The position numbers were made by a program, and so were the translations under genes. Source: Eledone cirrhosa (taxonomy: Eukaryota). Taken from it: DNA of 64,000 bases. Below the pieces are notes generated by a model. It was not told the origin of the DNA. It did no database searches and was given only the letters and a program-made list of their open reading frames with translations. Shown here piece after piece: positions 14,018 to 27,650 of the stretch. Within the stretch, counting starts at the first letter, position 1, and each line of letters starts with the position of its first letter. Where the stretch lies: the NCBI GenBank assembly GCA_964016885.1, contig OZ024750.1:15996001-16060000 (forward strand). Direction: 5' to 3'.

Positions 14018-14781
14018 CATTTTTAAATTAATTAATTATCTTTTGGGGATTTATTTTTTTTTTTTTGTAAAAATCCTAGATATTCTTTAGAATTTTAGGA
14101 TGAGAAAAAAAACCTAAATAATCCCAGACTAGAAGTTGTTACATAATAATGGAAGTGGCAGCAATGAAACTAAAGATAAGATCTGTAACTTAGATATAAA
14201 AGTTTAGCGTCCTTATTATCGACTTTGTTTTCTCAAAACTTTCTTCGTATTTTGTTGAATGAAATTTTACAGAGATACATTTTCGATTACTATTATGTTG
14301 AAGAAATTAAAAATAATAATAATAATTCGAATTTAATTTTTACTCTTCCCAATTCTTAATTGAAGAATTATCACCACGCCATACTATAAAGTCTATGGAA
14401 TTATTCATTCTAAGAACAAAACTGGAAACGAAAGCATTTGCGAGTTTACGTTTAACCTCCTCTAAATACAGATCGAAAGTATTTAGTAAATGAAAGCATT
14501 AACGAACGGAACCATTACAATATTGAAAGTATTAAGAAAATTATTATTATTTTTAAACCAAAAAAAAAAAAAGATGATTATTATTTACAAAACAAATGTC
14601 ACCATCATAATCGTAATCTTTGAAAACCCGTCTCTGCAAAATCTCATTAAAAAAATACATACATACGTTATTAAGAAAGTTCTAAGGAAAGAAAGTTGGT
14701 GGAGTGGGAAAAGGTACCATAAATTGTAGCTTTGTTTTATAATTGTTATAATTCTTTTAAAATACCCCTAACGAACAAAAT

Positions 14782-14836
<55 letters not shown>

Positions 14837-14839
<3 letters not shown>

Positions 14840-14923
14840 GGTGTCCCCCAAAATATATACACACTTCTAAAGCCTGTCTGTATAGATAATCAAAGTGTGT
14901 ATACATTTTTGAAGGACATCCTG
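14837..14923. mobile_element. Tc1/mariner-type mini-MITE (87 bp)
   Basis: TA|CAGGGTGTCC...ATACACACTT and AAGTGTGTAT...GGACATCCTG|TA. Confidence 0.75.
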
Positions 14924-15026
14924 TATATATATGTTCTACTGTGTATCCTGAAGTGTCGGTGATTAACTAAGACATACTCTAATTATATTATATAATATAT
15001 ATATTCCAAATAGAGTGAAAACATAC

Positions 15027-15490
15027 GTGATGATGAAATAATATAACGGTGAATCCTTTTCTTTCGCCAATGAAATAACCAGAGAAATATAGAGATATAA
15101 ACAGAGGTAGGTTGTCTTCTGTCCTTGTTGGTTTGTGATTTGTGATGCGTTACAAAATAACAATAACAATACGTTCTGGGAAACAGCGAGTCCTCCTGCA
15201 GTGTTGTGAAGTGTTATTGGTTTAAGGTGTGGTAATATTACATAGTATATAGCGTGTGTTGTAAACAACAACAACAACAACAACAAAATATGACACTAAA
15301 AGGTCTTTGTAGCTCTGTATCTGTTACTGTTCTGCGTGGTTATGCCTGTATCACTTAATAGCCACAACACGGACAAGCATGGCTGTTCTCAATAACTTCA
15401 ACCAACCATCGGATGAGTTATACAGTTCACTGGTAGTAGTAGCAGCAGCAGCAGCAGCAGCAGCATCGCTTTGACTCAGTTCCTCTGGTA
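15027..15490 (-). promoter_or_regulatory. Candidate internal promoter and non-coding first exon
   Basis: Unique sequence inside a CpG-retaining zone, with short (TGC)n/(TTG)n tracts typical of UTRs. Minus-strand donor CAC|GTATGT at 15026 could splice to the 10160 acceptor. The 5' boundary is a guess. Confidence 0.3.
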
Positions 15491-15887
15491 ATTAATAGTG
15501 GTGGTAGTAATATTAGTAGAAGTGATGGTGATATTTGGTGGTAGTTACTGACTTTCAACTAAAACAACAAACTTTACAGAGACTGGTGCTGTTGTTTTAG
15601 TCGCTGTAGCAACTTGATGGCGATGATGATGATGATGACGATGGTCTTTTAGTTATAGCAACTTATTGATTGCGGCGGTAGTGATGTTGATATTGGTGTT
15701 ATAATTGTTGTAACAGTTATTGATGATGGTAGTGGTCTTGTTATTGTAACACTTGTTGATGATGATAGTGGTTTACTTTCGTTGCTGTTTTCTGTGCGAT
15801 TACATATATACATATATGGAAAAACTAGGGACCCCGACGGCCGAGCTCTTGCCGTTTCAACAGCTAGATCCGAACTATGTGTGCGTG

Positions 15888-16425
15888 TAGTAAACCCTCG
15901 ATTTAACGAACTTACACGCGACGAAGGTGTGTCCGTCCTTTAATGCCAAAAGTCCGTTAAAACGAAGGGATCACTTCTATTGTTATAAATGTAAAAAAAA
16001 ATTTTTTTTTTTAAACTATCCAAAATCGCCAATGCAATATAAAAAACGAGTGCAGTGTTTAATATCATTCAATTATAAGGTATATAATGTTTGTTTCACT
16101 TTTGACAGTATAGATGAGTTATTTTGTTGTGAACAAAGTGGTTGTACATACAGTATTGTATTTATGACTACAGTGCTAGTACAGTATTATTATAATATGG
16201 TCCGAATAAAGAAATTATTATTATAATTTGGTCTGTTAAATCCGAGGTCCGTTAAAACGAGGTTTTTTTCCTTATATAACAGAAATTATTATTATTATTA
16301 TTTGGTCTATGTCCGTTAAATCGCTGTCTGTTAAAATGAGGTTTTACTATAAGCCAGAAACGATTATAATTCTTTGGTCCCAAATCCATCAAGTCGAGAC
16401 GCGTTAAAGCGAAGTTTTACAGTAC
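15888..16425. mobile_element. pogo/Tigger-like MITE with reiterated right ends
   Basis: Left end TAGTAAACCCTCGATTTAACG; right ends GTTAAAACGAGGTTTT (~16250), GTTAAAATGAGGTTTTACTA (16349) and GTTAAAGCGAAGTTTTACAGTA (~16420). Confidence 0.65.
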
Positions 16426-17451
16426 AGTATATTATATCAAGAAACTGTTTAAAATGTCGTTGTTTTACAACAAATTGTAATGTTTTAAAAAAAACCACTG
16501 CTAAAATTAAAAACGCGCTTAAATATAAGAGAAACCCTAAGATTTCTTCGTCTGTCGGCTGTTTGGAATCTGGGCGGTCTGAGGAATGGTTAAAATGTGG
16601 TAAATAGAAAAGAAAAAGAAGTTAGATATAAGAATAAATTTTATAAAAACATGTAAACGAAAGAAAATAAAGTATGTTTAAAAAAAATTATCCCAACAAA
16701 CAGCAGTATGTCGAATTAGAGGTGATGGTGTGAGTAGAGCGACCATGGGATGGAAGGACCTAGGGGCAGTGGTGTGAGTAGTGGGGACTAAAAGAGTAGG
16801 TGGTGGCTTATCACACTGAAGACCTCGGGCAGGGGGAGATAGACATACAAAGAGAAGGGCAAAGATGGAGAGAGAGAGAGAGAGTGACAGAGGAAGAGAG
16901 GAGACATAGAGAGGGAAAGTAAAAAAGTAAAAGATAGAGGGGGTGACATATATATATACATATATATATATATACACACACACACAGATAGAGAATGTGG
17001 TGGGGGAAGAATGCCAGTCCTCAAACCACAACCAGTTACACCAATCACCACAAAATACCCATCATTGCCTTGTTCTTTCTTTCTTCTTATCCCCCCATCC
17101 CCGCCAGCAACACCAAACAACAACAATAAAAACCAAATTACAAACAAACAAAAAAATCCCACCACCACAACCACACTAAGAGATAATTCTAGACTGTTAC
17201 AGATGAAAAAGCATCACTTTGCTAAGATCATGCTAGAAAATAAAACTTTACTGATTTAATAAGTTTCTACTTTAGGCACAAGGCCAGCAATTAGTCAGTA
17301 CATTACTGGTACTTTATTTTATCGACCCCGTAAGGATGAAAGGTAAAGTTAACCTCGGCTTAATAATATAAAAAGACCATTGAAGATGTTTTACTTTGAT
17401 ATATATATATATATATATATATAATACAGAAGAAATTAAAAGAGTTCCATA

Positions 17452-17521
17452 TATTTTATTATGCACATTTCGAATACAAAATCATCCTGGGACAAAAATT
17501 GTGTTCTCATCAGATAAAATA
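17452..17521 (-). ncRNA. Type I hammerhead ribozyme motif (inverted twin of 17609-17678)
   Basis: The reverse complement is identical to the + strand copy except that stem III reads TGTGCA. Confidence 0.8.
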
Positions 17522-17608
17522 AGGTAACATGATATGAGGCATAATAGCACTTGTTTACAGGAAAGTGCTCAGTCTACATATTTCAGCACTTTCCTGTAAA
17601 CAAGACCT

Positions 17609-17678
17609 TATTTTATCTGATGAGAACACAATTTTTGTCCCAGGATGATTTTGTATTCGAAATGAGCATAATAAAATA
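17609..17678 (+). ncRNA. Type I hammerhead ribozyme motif
   Basis: TATTTTAT-CTGATGA-GAAcACAA...TTGTaTTC-GAAA-TGAGCA-TA-ATAAAATA. 8-bp stem I, intact CUGAUGA and GAAA core, paired stem II, minimal stem III, AUA cleavage triplet (cut after 17670). Confidence 0.8.
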
Positions 17679-17842
17679 TATGGAACTCTTTTAACCATTT
17701 TTTAATTTCTTCTTTATTATATATACTCCAGTTCTACCAACTGTTGAATGCTACTTATCTGATATATGCATAGTTTTATTGTTCTACAATATTACTCACC
17801 TTCTACACATATATATATATATATATAGTGTATGCATTAGCA

Positions 17843-17884
<42 letters not shown>

Positions 17885-17890
<6 letters not shown>

Positions 17891-18083
17891 AAAAGGTTCA
17901 GGACCCAGACGGCAGAGCTCAAGCCGTTTCGACAGCTATTTCTGGACTGAAATAGCCGTCGAAACGGCTTGAGCTCTGCCATCGGGGTCCTGAACCTTTT
18001 CCTATAACTCACTCTACTACCCAAAGTATCGAGTACTCTGGTGCGTTATGGTCCACCTGGTTCCTTACCACACTTCCTTCGTT
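17885..18083 (+). mobile_element. (TA)n-embedded ~200-bp element with a 58-bp terminal hairpin
   Basis: Arms 17885-17942 / 17949-18006 with 3 mismatches. Second copy inverted at 46396-46571; related single arms at about 15818-15876, 29042-29120 and 34577-34636. Confidence 0.7.
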
Positions 18084-18925
18084 ATATATATACATATATA
18101 CATATATACATATATATATATACATATATACATACATATATATACATATATACATACATATATATATACACACACATACATATATATATACACACACATA
18201 CATATAGGTGTCAAATTGGCAGAATTGTCAAGAAGATTCAGTGTAATAGTGTGTGACAAGGTTGGACCTACGAATTACAGATACAACTCATTTTTACCAG
18301 CTGAGTGAACTGGAGTAACATGAAATAAAGTGACTTGTCTAACACAATGTGCTGCCAGGAATCGAACTCCCAACCTTGTAATCATGAACCAAACACCCTA
18401 ACCACAAAGCCATGCACCTTCACATACGTCATCATTTTACATCCGCTTTTCCATGTTTGCATGGGTGTGTATACACATGTGCATACACACATACATACAT
18501 ACATACGTGTGTATACACATGTGCATACACACATACATACATACATACACGTGCACTTACATACATTAGTGCATACCCACTGATGGACACAGAGCTTTGT
18601 TCATCCTTAAACACAGAAGAATCACGTTTGGCCTCTGGTCCACCTCAAAATATCTTTGGCTATCAGAACACAAGATTTATTATTAACATTATATTAAAAA
18701 AAAAAAAAAAAAAAACTATTTGAACTCATTTCTCTATGAATCAGCATCCAGTTAACAGAGGTTTTTTTCAAAAAGTAACCCTACTTTACTACCCAGAAAC
18801 CCTTGCTGTATGATACCAGACTAACCCTTTTGTTACTATATTTCTAATCAAAGACACTGTTTATGGCTTCCAAATAATTTTGAATATAATGAAGAATTTG
18901 GAGAGATTTAGCAGTCTAACTCTCA

Positions 18926-19113
18926 GTGGATTGGCAGTATCGGTAGAGGGTCGGACGTCATGCTTTGACGCATAGAGTTACGGCCCTTGCCATTCTGAGT
19001 TCAAATCCCGCCGAGGTTGACTTTGCCTTTCATCCTTACGGGGTCGATAAAATAAAGTACCAGTAATGCACTGGGTAATTGCTGGCCTTGTGCCAAAAGT
19101 TGAAACAATTATT
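18926..19113 (+). mobile_element. SINE family A inserted in a family-2 MITE
   Basis: Head, body and AATTATT tail match the 13-kb copies. Confidence 0.9.
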
Positions 19114-19873
19114 AAGCTGGTGTTTGGAACATAACTTAATAAATGTTCTTAAAATTATGATGGAAAGTTTTTAGATAAATATAAACACTTTAACACTTTG
19201 ATTACAATATTTTTGAATTAAAGGGTTAAAGAAAGTGTTTATATTTATCTAAAAACCTTCCATCATAATTTGTTCTTTGGGTGCCTTTAATGATAAGGGG
19301 ATTCACTTTGTAGCAAGCATTTGGGTGAGGTCTCTGGTTTGAGGACAGCACCCTTTCTCTTCTTCTCTCCCCCTATCTCAGAGACTCTGAAAAGGGCCAT
19401 CACCCTTCCCTCTCTGATTAAGCAGTAAGAAAACAACAACAACAAAAATAACAAATAGACCTTACAAACATTATTGGAATGTAAAGAATTCAACACTGAC
19501 TTTTTTTTTCTCCCATTTACTGATGTTGAAAATGATATCAATTACTGATCAGTGAACCTAGAACTTCTGGAGTCAGTCATAGGGGCACTGGCATAATATA
19601 TGGTCTTGGCTATTTTATATATCCTTCCATGGGCCAATCCTGTAATTTATTAGTGTCATATTCAAGGGATGAATGCAGGAATGGATGGGTAGTTAAGAAG
19701 TCTGCATCACAGTCATGAAATCCCAAGTTCGACCCCACTGCATGGTATCTTGGGCAAGTGTTTCTACCTTAATTTTCAGATTAATCCAAGAGTTTTGAGA
19801 GAAAATAGGATAGACAGAGACTGTGTGGAAACCTGCTAGATGGACTGTACCTGTAATTCATAGCCATGCCTGC

Positions 19874-19920
<47 letters not shown>

Positions 19921-20367
19921 AAACAAATATTTTACTTATGAAAACTTTAAAACAAACAATTTTGTATCATAGAACCATGAACCATGAACAGTTTCAGGCA
20001 GGTTGGTATTGAAATAGTGAACTTATTTAGTTTGAGGGAAATTTGATTGCTATTTCTAGCAAGTTGAGCTTCCTTTATTAAATTCAATGCCTTCTAGTTA
20101 TGAACTACTACATCACCAGTAACTCAAAGAAGGTGTGTGTGTGTATCAGAGTGTGGTAGGTTACTTGTTATGTTCTATAGACATTCTAATATTGTTGTCA
20201 GATGTTAAAGTTTAACCTTCCCTAACATTATCTATTTTGTTACCTATTGTTGTGATGGTGGTTTTTATGCATTATTTCTGAAAGTAATTATTTAGAAAAT
20301 AATTCAATCTATTTAAAACTGATGAAGCATTCAGCATTGCTTTATATACTACAGCTAACTCATTTGT

Positions 20368-20424
<57 letters not shown>

Positions 20425-20426
<2 letters not shown>

Positions 20427-21291
20427 TGCAGAGGATATACGCAGACTAGAGAGGAACGAAGCTTGCATGCTCCGCTGGATGTGTAATAATAATATACGTG
20501 AACGGCAAAGCATAAACGAACTAAGGAAAAAATTAGAAATAAGAGGGATCAGATGTTGTTTACTCGAGAGAAGGCTACGTTGGTATGGTCACGTGATGCG
20601 CATGAAAGACGACAGCTGTATAACAAAGTGCAGGGCAATAAAGATAGATGGTAGCCACGGAGTAGTCAGACCCAGGAAAACCTGGGACGAGCTGATAAAT
20701 TCCGACCTCACACACTTACACCTCTCCAAGACAATGTCACTGGACCGAGACCTTTGGCGGTACTCAGTAACAGAGAAGACCCGCCTCACCTAAATACAAA
20801 GTAAAATCTACTAGTCAGTAGGCATCTCTAACAAAATACATCCCCGTCCCACCCCATCCACACCGCCCCCTTCAATGCAAAGTTATGTTGGTGCCACAAC
20901 ATCCAGGCCGAAACAAACGAGATCGTGTAGGTGTCACGACAAAAAAACACACAGTCCACGCTGTAATGTGACCGTGTAGGCAACACAGTAAAAACCTCAC
21001 AGTCCCACACTGTAAATGTGGTTGGTGTTAGGAAGGGCATCCAGCTGTAGAAAACACGCCAGACAGTCCACGCTGTAATGTGGCCGTGTAGGCAACACGG
21101 TAAAAACCTCCCAGCCCCACACTGTAAATGTGGTTGGTGTTAGGAAGGGTATCCAGCTGTAGAAAACCCGCCAGACAGTCCTATGCGAGCAAGACAACCA
21201 CTCTTGCCTCAAGTGGGAAAACCCCCGTCTAAACCCATGCAAGCGTGGAACAGGGACGTTAAACGATGATGATGATGATGATGATGATGAT
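20425..21291 (+). mobile_element. 5'-truncated RTE-clade LINE (ORF C-terminus, 3' UTR, (GAT)n tail)
   Basis: ORF 20467-20793 contains RRLRWYGHVMRM...RPRKTWDELI...DRDLWR, the typical post-RT region of RTE LINEs. 3' UTR carries GTTAGGAAGGGCATCCAGCTGTAGAAA and a (GAT)n tail. Inserted next to (TA)n. Confidence 0.9.
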
Positions 21292-22883
21292 CGTTATTTT
21301 GCTTATATTCTAGATATATGTGTATATATCACATATGTGTTCACCAGACGTTATCTATCTCATCTGTTTGTTATATATAGGGTGTTATTTTCATATATGT
21401 TTTAAGAAATATTTTGTAGTTTTCTCGCCAATATTCTGTTAGCTGACAGTGACATTTTGGTCTCCATTTAATGCCCCTCTCTACTCACCACCATTTTCCC
21501 TATCAATGTATTTGTCCTATATAGCCAACTCATTAATCCCTCATATATAGTTAACTTATTTTCCCTTTCTATATAGTTAATGCATTTGTACTATATATAT
21601 ATATATATCCAGTTCATTCATATATTATATATAGTCAATTCATATGTTCTCTGTATATAGCAAGTTCGTTTGTACTATATAGACAATTCACTATATATAG
21701 CCAATTCATTCATATTTCTTATATAGACAGTTCAATTTATACACCTTATATAGACAGTTCATTTATTCACTATATATGATCAACTCATTTGTCCTCTATA
21801 TATAGAGAGTTCATTTATCTGTCATATATAGACAGTTCATTTGCGCTATATATATTCACTTCATTCATCCTATATATATATAGTCAATTCCTTTATCTTT
21901 TACAACAGCAGTGTCCAGCTAAGGTCCATATGAACCTTAACTGTTCACTAAAATATTTTAAGGGTCCATGAAAAGAGAAAGGGTCCAGTGAAGTTTGATA
22001 GTTCTTCATGGCATTCTAAAGCTTCTTTTATGAAATAGCAGGATTTTTTTTAACCGGGGGAAAATAATGTATACATATATATTCTTTCTGTTAATCAAGT
22101 TTAAAGGTTCTTTATGAATCCCTTAGTAATATTTGGGATTTGTGCCATGAAATATCAAGTTTAATCGTTGTTTATAAATTTGTTAATAAAATTTGGGTGT
22201 TGTATTGTGAAAAAAGTTTGGTAAGTTCATTTTATTCTCCAGAGAGTAGAAACCATTCCAAAAAGGGGTAGAAAGGACTATTTGCATCAAGTACTTGACA
22301 ACCTATCTGGTGCTGGGTCCATGATAAAATGCATCTAGTACACTCTAAGGTGGTTGGTGACAGGATGGGCATCCAGCTGTAGAAAGCTGGCCAAGACTGG
22401 TACAAAGGTTAACCATCTTCAGCCAGTCTAGAAAGACAGTAGCTTCAATTAAGTAGTGGTTTACTCATTAATGACCCAGTCCAATCCGTGCCAACAAGGA
22501 AACTGGGTGTAAAATGATATAGTCAATTCATTTATATTGCTATTTTACACTTTTACCTGATCCAGCTGAGGCCATGCTGGGGCTACTGCCCTTATATTGC
22601 ATATAAATTTATACAAAAATATAATTTTACAGGTAAACAGTTCAATCAAATAAATAAATAAATACATAAAAATAAAAATAAAATTGTAGTAGTAGTGGTG
22701 GTGGTAGTTGTTTTGCATAAGAGGAGGTCACACAGAAACCTTATCTCCTGTGTTATCACTGTGTCAGTATTTGAAACTCAGCAGGGAATTAATCATTTGA
22801 TGGTTGAGAGTTCAGTTCACTTCTGTAACCAGTAATAGAAGAATGGTTTCAGAGAGAGAAATATGTGAAATCTTGGTTAACTG

Positions 22884-23498
<615 letters not shown>

Positions 23499-23602
23499 AA
23501 TTACAAGTGGTTGCATAAATAGTGGTTGGTAGCTAAGAGAGGCTTTTCATTGGTAGGAAATTGTAACACAATTTTTTAATTTTTTTTATTATAATTACTT
23601 TG

Positions 23603-23850
23603 CATGAGTGAAGAACTGTACCATGATGTAATGTGTATGGATGATGGTTGTTGGGTGAAGTATTACCAGGAGTTCCAAGTGAAAGGAGGCCGTGGAAAAG
23701 GAAGACCAAGCAAGATGTGGGCAGAGGCAGTGAAAGCTGGTTTCCAGAAACTGAACCACTCAAAGGAGATGACAAAAAAGAGACAAGTGGAGAGTTGCTG
23801 TAGAGAAAAGGACTTGTCTAACCCACGCAACCATAGAAGAAAAAAAAACA
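23603..23850 (+). mobile_element. Degraded RTE LINE ORF C-terminus
   Basis: YHDVMCMDDGCWVK...VKGGRGKGRPSKMWAEAVK aligns by eye with the 20467 ORF motif. Confidence 0.75.
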
Positions 23851-24327
23851 TGCAAAAATCAATGATAATGTTGAAGAATGAATTCATCATGCATGTTTAA
23901 AGTTCAGTAACACAAAAATAAGACAACCAGGGGGCATATGGGCAGGGCACAGCATCTACACTCTTGACTGGACAGTACATCTGTGGTATATCCCATGGAC
24001 AAGATGGCAAAAGAGTTGCTGTGGAAAATATCCAGTATTACTCAATGTATATGGAGCTTCTTCCTTATGAGTATGTAATGCCATCAACCCAAATTTGGTG
24101 GTGAAGAACAGCAATCCAGGAACCAAGGAAAATGGAAGTCTTAATTATCACCAACACGATAAGGAATTAGTCAGCTAATGCTTCATATGTGGTCACCTTC
24201 CACTCCTATTTTGAAAATACTGAAGAATTTGTAGCGATTTAATGATATACCTAACTTTTTCATTATTTAGCTGGTGTTTTGAAACTTTAAAGCTATATTA
24301 TATATATATATATTATATATATATATA

Positions 24328-24512
24328 TGGATTTGCAATCGTGAGGTTGTGAGTTCGATTCCTGGACCAGGCGATGCGTTATGTCCTTGAGCAAGACACT
24401 TTATTTCACGTTGCTCCTTCTACCTGGAGTTGCAACCGATAGATAGTATTAGCAATTGGAAAGACCAACGGAACATTGTTTCCTTGGTCCAATTTGACGA
24501 AAGTCGATCATT
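24328..24512 (+). mobile_element. SINE family B, 5'-truncated
   Basis: Near-identical to 28155-28340. Confidence 0.85.
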
Positions 24513-24784
24513 CCTTTTTTTTTTTTTTTGAAACTTAAATATTTTTACATAATATTTGCTTTAGATAAATATAAACACTTTAAAGCAGTTTTGTATCATA
24601 AAACTGGGGGCAATTTCAAGCAGGTTAGTATCTCAAGGGTTAAGATACAATATTGACCCCTATCTCTATCTCAATTTCATAGATAAAGAAGAAAACTAGT
24701 CAACCCATTTCATATCAAACTGCCTGAAACCACCCCTAGTTCTACATTACAAAACTGCTTTAAAATGTTTATATATATCTAAAG

Positions 24785-24951
24785 CAGTGGTTCCAAAAGT
24801 GGGTTACGCAAAGGAGGATTTGGGGTTCCATGAAAAAAGGTAGAGGAGTATATTTATATTATGACCATATAACAGTATTAGACTTTGGGGTTCCCCCTAA
24901 AGCTTCTGAACCAAAAAGGGTTGTGCATTTGAAAATATTTGGGAAACCCTG
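24785..24951. mobile_element. hAT (Charlie-like) MITE
   Basis: TIRs CAGTGGTTCCAAAA / TTTGGGAAACCCTG; perfect 8-bp duplication ATCTAAAG. Confidence 0.8.
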
Positions 24952-25789
24952 ATCTAAAGTATTGTATCATAGAAGCAGGGGGAAGTTTCAGAGGTGGTTT
25001 GGGACCAAATGAGTTAATCATTAACATTTCAAAACAGGATGTCTTGTATCATTAAGACTACAGGATGGTGATGATGATAATGATGAAGTTTATGATGATT
25101 GATATACATTTAGTGAACACATTCAAGGTAACAAACTATGATGATGATAATGCTGCTGCTACTGCTGCTACTGATGTTGATGTTGATAATGATGAAGATG
25201 AAGATGAAATTGATGATGATAGACATGTATTTAGTGAAGACATTCAAGGCAGCAAACCATGATGACAATGATGACGATGATGATGATGATGATAGATATC
25301 TAATCAACACATTGAAAACAACTTGTGGGTGCCAAAACTAACAATACTAACTAATTAATTCTGTTTGGTTTCTTTTTTTTTTTTTTTGAGGGGGGGTGGA
25401 TGGGTGGGGGTTGTTCAAACTATTGAATTGATGGAAATGGCTAACTTAATTGATTTTTAAATTTTGGTAACTATTTGAAGAGTGAGAGAGGGGTGAAATA
25501 GAGTGAGGAGGAGGTGAGAGAGAGGGGGGAAATAAAGAGGGGGAAATAGAGAGAGAGTATGTACATTAAGTCTAGTAGATGTATATCTATATATATATAT
25601 CTATATATATGCCTGTAACTTATACATAAATCATATTTATTTAGTACTGATTACCAAAAAAATATTTAATGAATAGTTTCGAATGAAACGTACTTCACAT
25701 CATGTATGGGCCTATAATACATGCTTTGCATGGGCCTTGGTAGGGCCTCGGTATACATATGCAAGCATGGAAAGATGAATATAAAATGA

Positions 25790-26006
25790 TAATTGTTTCT
25801 AGTTTAGGCACAAGGCCAGCAATTTAAAGGGAAGGGTAAAGTCGATTAAATCAACCCCAGTGATTTATTACTGGTATTTCATTTTATCGATCCTGTAGGA
25901 ATGAAAGGTAAAGCTAACCTCGGTAGGATTTTAACTCAGAACGCAAAGGGCCGTAACTCTATGCTACGAAGCATGGTGTCCGGCGCTCTACCGATACTGC
26001 CAATTT
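25790..26006 (-). mobile_element. SINE family A, longer-tail variant
   Basis: Reverse complement of family A with an extra GTCGATTAAATCAACCCC segment. Confidence 0.85.
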
Positions 26007-26139
26007 GTGATGACATGTGTGCTTACTCTCTGTCTGTATCTCCCTCTCACATACACATACATACATAGGTATATAAACATACTTGTTAAAAGCAGAAGAC
26101 AAAATGTTTACAACTAAGAAAAAAAGAAGCCCAACCTAC

Positions 26140-26223
26140 TTGACGAATAAATTCTCTTCCAGTCTGTAAATTTTCTTCATCATAAGAAGCTTCTTCTACT
26201 TCTAGTTCTAGTATTGTATTCAT
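26140..26223 (-). CDS. Candidate alternative first coding exon (28 aa, MNTILELEVEEASYDEENLQTGREFIRQ)
   Basis: ATG at 26223, open frame with protein-like acidic composition, donor CAA|GTAGGT in phase 0. Possible acceptor ...cttctcttgtaaaatctgaccttttag| near 26342. Below the ORF-track length cutoff; translated by hand. Confidence 0.5.
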
Positions 26224-26664
26224 TATTTCAGTATAAGACACACACAGATTAAACCCAATGATCAGTGTTGTTTTATAGATTAAACTTAGTAATCTCTAAG
26301 TTATCAGAGGTACAGAAACCAAATAACATTTTTCACAGAAACTAAAAGGTCAGATTTTACAAGAGAAGGGCAGGAAAAAAAACAACAAAAAACAACCCAA
26401 AACAACAACAACTATATTTTATATTAAAACAAAAAGCAACAAGAGAAACAATGTTAAAACACCTAGTTACACAGCTATCAATTGTGTCTATGAAGTTGTA
26501 ATGTAATTAAGGTGGGGGAAATTATCAGAGATTGTTAGAATCTCAGAGAAAATGTTTTGCAGAGTTCATTCCAGTTCTCTACAGTCTGAGTTCAAATTCT
26601 GTCAAAGTCAACTTTGTGTTTCATTTGTTTGGAGTTGATAAATAAAGTAGCAATTTAGTAATGG

Positions 26665-26695
<31 letters not shown>

Positions 26696-26747
26696 TCAAT
26701 TCGTTTTCTATGTCTGCCCCTCTTTCTCTCACCAAAATATGGGAAGC

Positions 26748-27213
26748 ACCAGAAGAAGGCTGGTGGGCACAACTGCTGAAATGTGACTAGAACAACCAGG
26801 ATGAAGACACTAGTCTGAATATATCAGTGTATAATAATTGTTTCTACTTTAGGCACAAGGCCAGCAATTACCCAGTGCATTACTGGTACTTTATTTTATC
26901 GACCCCGTAAGGATGAAAGGCAGAGTCAACCTCGGCGGGATTTGAACTCAGATCGTAAAGGGACGTAACTATGCTGAAAGCATGGCGTCCGACCCTCTAC
27001 CGATACCACCAATCAGTGTATAATAATGATAATTCTTCTGAAGATGGCCAATGGGCACAACGGCTGAAATGTTGTGACTATAACAACCAAGCTGAAAACA
27101 CTGATCTGAATATATCAGTTTACAATAATGATAGTTCCTCTAAAGATGGTCAGAGGGTAGAACGACTGAAATATTGTGATTATAATAATTAAGATGAGGA
27201 CACTAGTCTGAAT
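26748..27213 (+). repeat. Three ~100-bp tandem units with decayed hammerhead-like cores, interrupted by a SINE
   Basis: Recurring CTGAAGA-tGGCC...GGCT-GAAA-tgttgtga...gatgaggacactagtctgaatatatcag; best core at 27038-27069. Another copy at about 7985-8105. Confidence 0.5.
26839..27011 (-). mobile_element. SINE family A with target-site duplication
   Basis: ATCAGTGTATAATAAT flanks both sides (26823-26838 and 27012-27027). Confidence 0.9.
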
Positions 27214-27650
27214 CATCATCATCATCATCAGGTTTAGCGTCCGTGTTCCACGCTTGCATGGGTTTGGACGGGGGTTTTCCCACTTGAGGCAAGAGTGGTT
27301 GTCTTGCTCGCATAGGACTGTCTGGCGGGTTTTCTACAGTTGGATGCCCTTCCTAACACCAACCACATTTACAGTGTGGGGCTGGGAGGTTTTTACCGTG
27401 TTGCCTACACGGCCACATTACAGCGTGGACTGTCTGGCGGGTTTTCTACAGCTGGATGCCCTTCCTAACACCAACCACATTTACAGTGTGGGGCTGGGAG
27501 GTTTTTACCGTGTTGCCTACACGGCCACATTACAGCGTGGACTGTCTGGCGGGTTTTCTACAGCTGGATGCCCTTCCTAACACCAACCACATTTACAGTG
27601 TGGGGCTGGGAGGTTTTTACCGTGTTGCCTACACGGCCACATTTACAGCG
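27214..27650 (-). mobile_element. RTE LINE 3' UTR fragment with three 112-bp tandem units
   Basis: Near-identical reverse complement of 20952-21291. (ATC)n tail at the left end; TGAAT on both sides is a possible target-site duplication. Confidence 0.85.

Larger units (their letters stand above)
17421..17720. mobile_element. Palindromic (TA)n-flanked element, probably an inverted Penelope-like pLTR or retrozyme-like relic
   Basis: 90-bp arms (17436-17525 / 17605-17694, one mismatch), inner perfect 20-bp stem (17550-17569 / 17585-17604) and hammerheads in both arms. The assignment rests on the known association of minimal type I hammerheads with Penelope-like pLTRs. Confidence 0.6.

Noticed and set aside
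15327-15378. Possible miRNA hairpin (GTGGTTAT/ATAGCCAC)
   Set aside because: Stem too short and bulged; no known seed recognised.
20319-20345. CTGATGA followed by a 4-bp hairpin
   Set aside because: No GAAA after stem II, so not a hammerhead.
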